Source of the DNA: Octopus vulgaris | Lineage: Eukaryota | Assembly (NCBI GenBank): GCA_951406725.2 | Contig: OX597817.1 | Location: 133,238,001-133,302,000, forward strand | DNA length: 64,000 bases | Reading direction: 5' to 3' | The notes under the pieces: generated by a model | Databases searched by the model: none | Seen by the model: only the letters and a program-made list of their open reading frames with translations | What the model was told of the DNA's origin: nothing | Shown: piece by piece, positions 55,062 to 64,000 of the stretch | Numbering within the stretch: position 1 is the first letter of the stretch | Layout of the letters: the number at the start of each line of letters is the position of its first letter | Position numbers and translations under genes: made by a program

Positions 55062-55199
55062 GAATAATGAGACTGATATATTCTATTATTCTCTCCCTCA
55101 GAAATTATTAAGCCTGTTTGCTAGTTGATTCCTCTGATCAACAGAAGGCCAAGCTATTTGTCCTCACTTGTGCATGGTTTGAGTCGATAATAGCTATTT

Positions 55200-56025
55200 C
55201 TAATTTAGACACAAGGCCAGAAACTTTGATGGAAATCGATTTAAGCGAAACCATCCACTCTTGTACTTGGCTGATACTTTATTATATCGACCCCGAAAAG
55301 ATAAAAAGGAAAAAAAATTAACTTTGATGGCATTTGGACTCAGAAGGAAAAGATTTGGAAGAAATATCTTAAGGTTCGACTTTCTCACGATTCAGTTGGA
55401 CAAGACGCCAACTATTTTTAAGGGACGAAATTAATGTATTCTGCCGACTCCTTTATTTGACCGGTACTTTATTTTATCGATCCAGGAAGGATAAAAGAAA
55501 AAGGTAACCAGATATCATTTGAAATCAGAACGCAAAGTAGTAAAAGATACGCAACAAAGCATTTTGTTCAAATTTCTAATGATTCTGCTGATCTATCGAC
55601 CTCATTTGAACAAATTATAGTTCTAACTTTGATACAAAGCCAATAATGTTCAGAGAATGGAGTAAATCGATTACATTGACCCTAGTAATCAATAAGTAGT
55701 ATATTTTATCGACCCTGAAAGGGTTGAAAGTAAAGTTAACCACAACAAGGTTGGAACTCGCTATGTAAAGAGTCGGAAGAAATATCGAAAGATATTTTGT
55801 TCGACGCGCTAAAGTTTCGACCAACACGTCTATTTGGTCAGCAATTGTAAGAGAGGGGTTTGGGCAATACTATCGACCCCAATACATAACTGGTACTTTG
55901 TTATATCGACTCCGAAAAGATAAATGGCAAAGTTACTCTCGACAATATTTGAACTCAAAATATAAAGAGTTGGAAAAATACATCAAGGCATGTTGTTCGA
56001 CGCATTAATGATTCTGCCAGCTTGA
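55200..56025 (-). mobile_element. Four tandem degenerate SINE family A copies (~210-bp spacing)
   Basis: Repeated TATCGACCCCGAAA.GATAAAAG..TTGAACTC blocks near 55285, 55475, 55707 and 55903. Confidence 0.7.
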
Positions 56026-56049
56026 ATAGTTTCTGATTTAGATGCAAGG

Positions 56050-56130
56050 TCAAAGTTTCGGCTGATATACCCTCCAGCCTTCATCAGGTGTCTTGGGGAA
56101 ATTTCGAACTTGAGGTATTTTTTGATGTTA
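56050..56130 (-). ncRNA. Penelope-type terminal repeat fragment with type I hammerhead core
   Basis: Minus strand GACAC-CTGATGA-A-GGCTG(gagggtatat)CAGCC-GAAAC; inverted partner at 57781-57865. Confidence 0.6.
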
Positions 56131-56152
56131 TTAGTTCGATTCCAGGCAATGA

Positions 56153-56245
<93 letters not shown>

Positions 56246-56908
56246 GCTGCACAATATATTCACTGGGTAATTTGCAAAAACCTGGATTTGCCCCATGAAA
56301 AAAACTGGTGGGAACACAATCCACCTCCAGTGCTTGAAAATGACTACATCTCACTCCTCTGGAACTTCACCATTCAAACTGACAGAAAGATAGATGCAAA
56401 CAGGCCAGACATCATATTGAAAGACTTCAGACAGAGAACATGCCTCCTCATTGATATGACTGTCCCAATCGATATAAACGTATCTGTCAAGACCTACCAA
56501 AACCTGAGCAAATATAAAGATCTTGAAATAGAAATCAGCAAAATGTGAAACCTGAATACTAAAACAATACCTGTTGTCATAGGTGCCCTGGGAATGATAG
56601 CGAAAGGGACTGATTGCTACCTAACTCAGATACCAGGAAACCCCAAAATGGCAGAAATTCAAAAGATAGTGCTCATGGAAACTGCTCATATCCTACGCAA
56701 AATACTCTCTATGTAATCTCAAGGTTTAAAACAAACTTATTTTTTAAAATTTATTTATTAGACATTCACTAGTACAACACCAAAAAATACCCAAATATAT
56801 GGCACACTAGGCATAACAATAACGTGAACTTCCAACCTGTTGTCTCTTGAGGTCTCTGGATGAGACTTGGAGCCAACTTGTACAAACATAAAGCAAAAGT
56901 CAAACATA

Positions 56909-56909
<1 letters not shown>
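56246..56909 (+). mobile_element. 5'-truncated R4/Dong LINE (RLE domain + 3' UTR) in a (TAA)n tract
   Basis: LLWNFTIQTDRKIDANRPDIILKD..LIDMTVP..KYKDLEIEI..PVVIGALG; (AAT)n on both sides. Confidence 0.88.
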
Positions 56910-56956
<47 letters not shown>

Positions 56957-56969
56957 TGATGATGATGAC

Positions 56970-57005
<36 letters not shown>

Positions 57006-57110
57006 TAATAATAATAATGATGATGATGATGACTATAATAATAATAATGATGATGACAATAATAATAATAATGATAATAATAATAATAATGATAATAATA
57101 ATAATAATAA

Positions 57111-57140
<30 letters not shown>

Positions 57141-57141
<1 letters not shown>

Positions 57142-57729
57142 GCTCTCATGGCTTCTGACGGCTCTCATGGCTTCTGACGGCTCTCATGGCTTCTAACGGC
57201 TCTCATGGCTTCTGATCTTAACTGACTGGAAGTGTTATCATGTACATTGTTTTGTCTTGGTATAAAAGATGGGCTACAGTAAATATTCTGCTCAATACCA
57301 CAGATTTGCTTGTCAGTTGTTTGACCGTAACCAGTTGAGCATGTCCCTTAGTGGCTGACGATATGTGCATCTCTGATCATGAGTAGAAGTAGTGGGGAAG
57401 CATCATAGCCATGTGTTGAGAGGGATTCTTTGGGGTTTGAATGATTCACCTCTGGAAACATGGGTGTTTCATTCAACATCCTTAAACAACCCTTAATCAG
57501 GGACCTTTTGAGTGGGATGGATTACCCAAACAGAAGAAAATTCTAACTGGGCCCCACCCGCAAGGTCATGCGCTGTTTATCTTGTTATGAGATCACCATG
57601 TCGCGCACATATGGTTGTGATGCATGTGCCTGGTGTACCCTTATCAGACGGGTAGTCATGATGGGTATACTGGGCTTCGTATATTTGTACCCCAGTGTCA
57701 CTTTGACGTCATGCACTGCTCTCTCACTC

Positions 57730-57730
<1 letters not shown>
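57141..57730 (+). mobile_element. Non-coding retroelement piece ending in (TAA)n, probably a Dong-type 3' UTR or dependent SINE
   Basis: Embedded between (AAT)/(AAG) and (AAT) tracts; four 19-nt tandem repeats at its 5' end. Confidence 0.5.
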
Positions 57731-57779
<49 letters not shown>

Positions 57780-57780
57780 T

Positions 57781-57942
57781 ATCGAAAAAATACCTCAGGA
57801 ATGAGTACCAAAGTTCGAAATTTTCTCAAGACACCTGATAAAGGCTGGAGGTTCATTGTGTTAACAACAAACAAGATAAGGACAAATATCCGTCAAATGT
57901 AAATAATGTACATAATTCCTCACTTCTTTAATATAGAACTGT
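57781..57942 (+). mobile_element. Penelope-type terminal repeat fragment (inverted partner of 56050-56130)
   Basis: AAAAATACCTCA..AGTTCGAAATTTTCTCAAGACACCTGATAAAGGCTGGAGG..CATTGTGTT. Confidence 0.6.
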
Positions 57943-57974
57943 AAAATCGACCTCAGTACTCATGTTTTAAGTTT

Positions 57975-58225
57975 GCCACTTATTATATCGATCCTCTTTC
58001 GCCGAACCACTAAGTTAGTGGGCGTAGTCAAACCAACACAGGTTTTGAAACGGTTTGGTAGATAAACACAAACATGCATACATGTGTTCGACAGGCTTCC
58101 TCACAGTTTTTGTTTGCCAGATTCATTCTTAAGGCATTGGTTGGCAGAAGATACTTGACTGCACAGTGGGACTGGACCTCCAAAATCACGTGGTTGCAAA
58201 GCGAACTTCTTAGCCATACAGCTGG
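57975..58225 (-). mobile_element. Degenerate SINE family B
   Basis: GCCGAACCACTAAGTT..ACAGGCTTCC..GCACAGTGGGACTG..GCGAACTTCTTAGCCATACAGC. Confidence 0.6.
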
Positions 58226-58390
58226 CTATACAATATAAACAAAGAACTAGGACGGACACAATATCGATCTAAGCATAATATTACCGTCTCCTACCCAAGC
58301 GATCACAGGGAATCTTTATGGTAAAGAGATTTAAATGAGAGCAACGACTTAGAATTTTAGCTGGTGACCTGCTACCATTATACTACCGTC

Positions 58391-58462
58391 TCCTCGGTAG
58401 TATAATGGTAAGTATCTCCGCCTGTCATGCGGGAGACCGGGGTTCCGTTTCCCGCCGAGGAG
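58391..58462 (+). tRNA. tRNA-Asp(GTC), probably a pseudogene
   Basis: TCCTCGGTAGTATAATGGTAAGTATCTCCGCCTGTCATGCGGGAGACCGGGGTTCCGTTTCCCGCCGAGGAG closely matches metazoan tRNA-Asp with an intact acceptor stem. T-loop is TTCCGTT instead of TTCGATT, which damages the B-box. Confidence 0.85.
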
Positions 58463-58481
58463 ACGTTAACGCTGCCTTTAT

Positions 58482-58965
<484 letters not shown>

Positions 58966-59036
58966 AAATGAGAAACAGTAAATCCTTCGACCATGTTTAG
59001 TATGAAAATCTCTTATCGATATTTCTTGTCCGTAAA

Positions 59037-59245
59037 GTGGCGTGCTGGTGCAATCGTCAGCACACCGGGAAAAATGCTTAGCAGTATTTCGTCCGTCTTC
59101 ACGTTCTGAATTCAAATTCCGTCGACTTTGCCTTTCATCGTTTCGAGGTCGATAAAATAAGTACCAGTTGAACACTAGGGTCGATGTAATCAACTTACCA
59201 CCTCCCCAGAAATTGCTGGCCTTGTGCTAAAATTTCAAACCAATA
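59037..59245 (+). mobile_element. SINE family A copy
   Basis: GTCGACTTTGCCTTTCATCGTTTCGAGGTCGATAAAATAAGTACCAG. Confidence 0.8.
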
Positions 59246-59259
59246 TTTCCCGCCTATGA

Positions 59260-60480
59260 ACTTCACCAATCACTCGTCTCTTGGATCGGTAACTTCCTAT
59301 CTGAGCGCACTATTGCAGTATGTGTTGCCGAAACTTTTTCTGCCTCACTTCCACTCAACTCTGGTGTCTCCCAGGATCTGGTTTTGGCCCCACCCACTCT
59401 CTCCCTTCTATACATCAACGACCTACTGCCCACCCACTCTTATGTAGATTACACGACACTTCAGTCGTCCAAAACTTCCCGCCTCAAAGAATCATCCACA
59501 CACAGCCATGTTCACCACACGCCAACTCTGCACGGATTCCATAAATAGAGACTTCGCGAGAAACTTCAGTTGTAACCTAACAACTCTGTCCTTTTAACAG
59601 CAAAAATCTCAAGCACAAAACATTAAGAAAACACCCCCGCACCACACCGCCTAAACAACAAGGACACTCAGCTAAAGTCCTCACGGTCGCTCCAAATGCT
59701 GGACCTCACTATCACCAAGGAGCCTTCCTGACAAAAGCTCACTGTTAATCGTGTCCAGAAAATTCACCATAGACATTTTTGCTGTGAGAAAATTTGACTT
59801 AGGAAACTTCGCCGCGAAGGAGGCACACAAAGCAGACTGTAAACTAAATAACTTATTTTTTAAAATTATATTCCCAAATTGGTAGGTTGGTTAATGAAGT
59901 CCCCATTTTAAGAAAACAGCTAATCTTTATTTTATTTACATTTTTTTCAATTTACTTTTTTGTTTTTTTACAGCGAAAATTTCCTACGACTAAAATGTTT
60001 ATGGCGAATTTTTCTCTAAAAACATAGCTCGGCCACATCATAAAGACTACCAAGGGCTAGAGAATATTTCAACCACAACAGCTGCTGACGCGCTACAAGG
60101 ACCAAGTGAGGCCCACAATGAAAGACTGCTCCCACTCCCGTGCTGCTACAACGCACACAATAATCCTAGACTGAATCTAGGAAAGGATCATTCGACTAAT
60201 TGTACAAAGGAACCATCTTCTCGCTGCCTTTCGCTATTGTATTAGCTTTTGTGCCTCAGAGCTGGTTGACCCTATCACTCTCACCACCCAAGTACTCCTA
60301 GCCTTCGTCTATCCATCTTCGTCACTTATGGTGGACCTACACCTCTCGGCCCCTTACTAACCATTCTTTTCAGGCCCTTCTCGCCAAAACATCGACCCTC
60401 TGGAATCTTCTATTTGATTATGTTCTTCTTGAAACTGTTCACCTACGACAGTTTAAATGGAACATTAACACCATCAGTAA
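59260..60480 (+). mobile_element. Decayed CR1/L2-type LINE interrupted by a MITE
   Basis: TCTGGTGTCTCCCAGGATCTGGTTTTGGCCCC..CTTCTATACATCAACGAC (SGVPQGS.L.P..LLYIND-like); LYK.QVRP.ME-like motif near 60090-60125. Confidence 0.55.
59758..60013. mobile_element. MITE with short TIRs
   Basis: AAAATTCACCATAGACATTTT versus AAAATGTTTATGGCGAATTTT. Confidence 0.55.
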
Positions 60481-60714
60481 CGCCAGTCACAGAGCGTCTA
60501 CAAAAGGTCACGTGCACAGCCCTGTCCTTTCCTCCCAAAGTTACAAAAACGTTTCAATATCAAAGAATCAGTTCATGAATAGAAAACTTCTCGGCATTTG
60601 AACAATTCAGGATCTCTAGCTATCAGACTGCTACAATAGAGTATTTTTGCTCGTGATTTCGAAGGTGGTATACATGAAAGCTGATAGTGTCTACAAGTTC
60701 GTACATTAAAAGTT

Positions 60715-61083
60715 TGGAAGAGGTGGGGATGAGTCGATTACATCGACCCCAGTGTTCAACTGGTACTTAATTTATCGACCCCGAAAGGATAAAAATTAAA
60801 GTTGACCTCGAAGGAATTTGAACTCAGACAGTAGCGATGGGCGAAATACCTATTTTGTTACTACCCACAAGGGGCTACACACAGAGGGGAAAAACAAGGA
60901 CAGGCAAACGGATTAAGTCGATTAGATCGACCCCAGTGCGTAACTGGTATTTATTTAATCGACCCCGAAAGGATGAAAGGTAAAGTCGACCTCGGCAGAA
61001 TTTGAACTCGGAACGTAACGGCAGACGAAATATCGCTAAGCATTTCGCCCGGCGTACAAACGATCCTGCCAGCACACCACCGT
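60715..61083 (-). mobile_element. Dimeric SINE family A element
   Basis: Same monomer-linker-monomer layout as 54662-55061, with linker TGTCCTTG..TAGCCCCTTGTG..AAATAGGTATTTC. Confidence 0.85.
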
Positions 61084-61086
61084 CAC

Positions 61087-61157
<71 letters not shown>

Positions 61158-61170
61158 TGATGATGATGAT

Positions 61171-61245
61171 GATAAAGTCGATAGGTACGACAAGTTAGCT
61201 TGGGAGGTAAAGCAGTTGTGGTCGATGAAAAACGTGGTATTGGTA
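61171..61245 (+). mobile_element. Short R4/Dong RLE C-terminal fragment following a TAA tract
   Basis: DKVDRYDKLAWEVKQLWSMKNVVLV matches the RLE tail K..Y..L..E...W...V; cut off by the pogo element. Confidence 0.55.
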
Positions 61246-63345
61246 GGGGTTGACCGATGTTAGTTGATTACATATTTTACATTTTCACTGACAGAGCAAT
61301 CCTATTTAATGCATTCTACTGCATCTTGTATGACACGCATAAATCAACCATAGCAGAAGTCTTACAAAGCTAGAGATCTCATCTGCTTATTGTCTGGATT
61401 TATATTTTGTGCATTTTCTAAGACCACTTAAATGTGTCGACTTGCCCCGATACCGGGGCAAGTTGACACATATAATGGGGTATGTTGACACATGAATGCA
61501 TTTTCTTGGAACATACATGTTAGTGGACAGAAACACATGATATAAGCTTGTTGGTTTCATCAAGGGCTTTTATTATGGTTTCATTACATATCTTCATCAG
61601 AGTCACAATTTGGACATGGGAATATTGTCAGACCTGGTGTGCATGCATCGTGAGCCCAACCTTTACAATCAGAGCATTGAAGCCACACTTCCTTTCCTGT
61701 GCTGTTGGAAAAAAGGCTCGCAGCACACTAAGCAATAGCACTCTTCCTCATCAGAGGTATCACTTTCTTGAATTTGAACTTTTTTCTTAACAATTGGACC
61801 TTTTCCCTTCGTTGACCTACCCTTACTGAGTCCCTTTCCTGTCGTTCCTTTATCAATGTTTGTCTTCTTTTTACTTTTACTTTTTGTCTTTTCTTCTATG
61901 ATTGCTCTTTTAACCGGCGAGTCAGTGAGGATTTCAGAACGTTTCTTTTTTCCTCTGGTTGATTCTTTCCTAGGGCCTGCTTTGAGTAGTGGACGGATTT
62001 GAAATGGTGAAAGAAAAGACCTGGCGGTTATGTTGCTTGAAGGCCCAGGTGTTGCAGGTGCTGAAGGCCCAGGTGCTGAAAGTGCAGGATCCGGTCGGTC
62101 GGTGACATAGCTTGGTGCAAAGTCGCTGTCTGTGAAAATGTTGCGATTAAAATGGCATATTCCTGTAGAAGAAAAGCCAGTAAGAATGTTCGTCGGAGTT
62201 GCAGTCAATGGCCATGCAGTTTTGACAATACACGGAATGTCATAAATGATCATGGTCTGGCCAGGATGGTTGATATGCCAGTCGTCAATGGCAGTGTTTG
62301 TGTACTTCTTCATTGGTCCCTAGACTGCTTTGCCCAACGGCTGCAACCTGTGTGTGCAGTGAGGTGGGAAAGAAAGCATGGTGATGCCATTGTCTGATGC
62401 ATAAGTCAGCCCCTCGATACTAAGGTGGGAATCGTGATTGTCCAGCAAGAGAAGGCACAGTGACTGCTTTGAACATTTCACATTCCTCACAAAGTGTTGA
62501 AAAAATTTCACAAACTGCTCCTCACAAATCCAACCAGATGGATTAGCACCTCCATCGCTGCCTGATGATCCATTGTTCAGGAAATGTGGCCTAAAGTTCT
62601 TCCGGGGAAAAAACAAAATACGGAGGTATACTGTTTCCAGCGGCATTCACACAGCATACCAATGTGACCAGAGTTCCCCTCCCCGCACTTGTCATTTTCC
62701 CCACTTGCTTTGTTTCTTTTCTGGCAATAATTATATCGGGGCGCTGCACAGTTGTTTTGCCAGTTTCATCCATGTTGTAGATATTGAATGGATCAAATTT
62801 ATCTCGAAGCATCACTTCAGCAAGCTGGTTGAAAAACATAGCAACATTTGTCTTGTTGAAACTTGCTGCTCGTGCCAAGCTTGTTGCCTGTGGACTTCTT
62901 ATGGATAAATTCTTGTGTCGTTGAAGATATCCAGAGAACCAGTCTTCACCTGCCATTTCTGTCTCATGCCAGGTTGGAGGGATATTACATCCATGTGCCT
63001 TTGCCATCTGAAAAGCCAATTTCCGCACATCCTTTGGAGCAAGCCCATAGTAAATTTCTGCGGCAGCCAAAACATAAGCCTCTAAATGATTCTCGAACTC
63101 GTCGGTGAGAACTTGCCGTGGCTTTTTGTATCCACAAAGACTGTGGTCGTTGTTTGCTTCAGCAGCCTTGGTGCAGTAGGGAAACAGAGATTTTAAATAG
63201 ATGCCAATTGTCCTCGAATCTTCATGCAAGGAGATTACACGAGCTCGAACCTGTTGAATAGCCTGTTGGATTACATTCTGTGGAAGGGTTGCCCTCTCGC
63301 TTTTGCGTTTGTCGCACCATGACAATTGTAGATCTAGGTCTATAA

Positions 63346-63377
<32 letters not shown>

Positions 63378-64000
63378 GAGAAAAAATAGCAATTTAGCTC
63401 AAGGCATAATCCAATAGTGAAAGCAAAACGAAGCTCTGAGTGTTTACCTACTTTATAGTTTGAAGCATGCCTGGTCACGGCATAACTTCATGCTTATAAA
63501 TCAGTGGTACAGGTTACAAAGCTGAGGCAGTATACAAGCTGTTGACTAAGTAGGTAGCTGTATGAAGATAGAATAGGTTGGTATAGATAAAGATAGCTGA
63601 TCTAAAACTATAGCAAGCAATACATAAATTACTCAATGAATTGATCCAATGTACCAGACATGAATCAAATAGCAAACACTCTTAGTTAAAATGGGATAGA
63701 CACAGTCTGTGAATCAATGTAAGTAACCTACAACAACTTTATCAAAGGCTGGGGCAAGCTGACATACTGTGTCAATGTTCCCCTGTTTACATGTGTCAAC
63801 TTGCCCGGACCCCATTTCCCTCGTAAATGAAAACACCGAGAGAAAACCACTAGGGTTTCGCAAGAATCCATTTGTATAGGGTCGTGAGAGATATTTTACT
63901 AACTCCTTAAGGTTTAATACACATAATGCAGTCTTAAACAATATCCAAAATAACTAATTGTCAAAAATGTCGAAAATAATTTACCAAGTGGAAAATTCCA
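61246..64000 (-). mobile_element. pogo/Tigger/Fot1-type DNA transposon (CENP-B-type HTH + DDE_1 + C-terminal Cys motif), frameshifted; far end probably beyond the window
   Basis: ORFs 62591-63478 (AGEDWFSGYLQRH, IYNMDETG), 62320-62646 (SGW, LLLDNHDSH, FPPHCTHRLQPL) and 61669-62313 (GFSSTGICHFN, CYCLVC). Starts TA|GGGGTTGACCG; subterminal GGGGCAAGTTGACACA repeats at ~61433-61490 and ~63751-63806. Confidence 0.9.

Noticed and set aside
62591-63478. Domesticated CENP-B/TIGD-like host gene
   Set aside because: Frameshifts split the DDE domain and transposon terminal motifs are retained.

Overview
This is eukaryotic, AT-rich, repeat-saturated DNA with no clearly identifiable host gene. The SINE families, LINE clades and extreme microsatellite density are most consistent with an octopus or other coleoid cephalopod intron or intergenic region (inference). 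It contains decayed R4/Dong-type RLE LINEs at (TAA)n tracts, CR1/L2-type and RTE LINE fragments, and at least three Penelope-like (GIY-YIG) remnants. DNA transposon relics include Tc1, mariner and pogo-type elements and several fold-back elements or MITEs. There are many tRNA-derived SINEs, a mutated tRNA-Asp(GTC) copy and a ~3 kb 52-bp satellite. Most ORFs in the supplied track are microsatellite artefacts. The most notable observations: (1) many satellite monomers carry a perfect three-unit heat-shock element and a STAT/GAS palindrome, and the array has a ~1 kb higher-order repeat; (2) several Penelope-type hammerhead ribozyme motifs occur as inverted pairs or as a ~146-nt tandem; (3) divergent Dong/R4 LINEs repeatedly abut TAA tracts; (4) a 155-bp near-perfect hairpin element has a 12-bp TSD; (5) the tRNA copy has a perfect antisense duplicate of its 5' end directly upstream.
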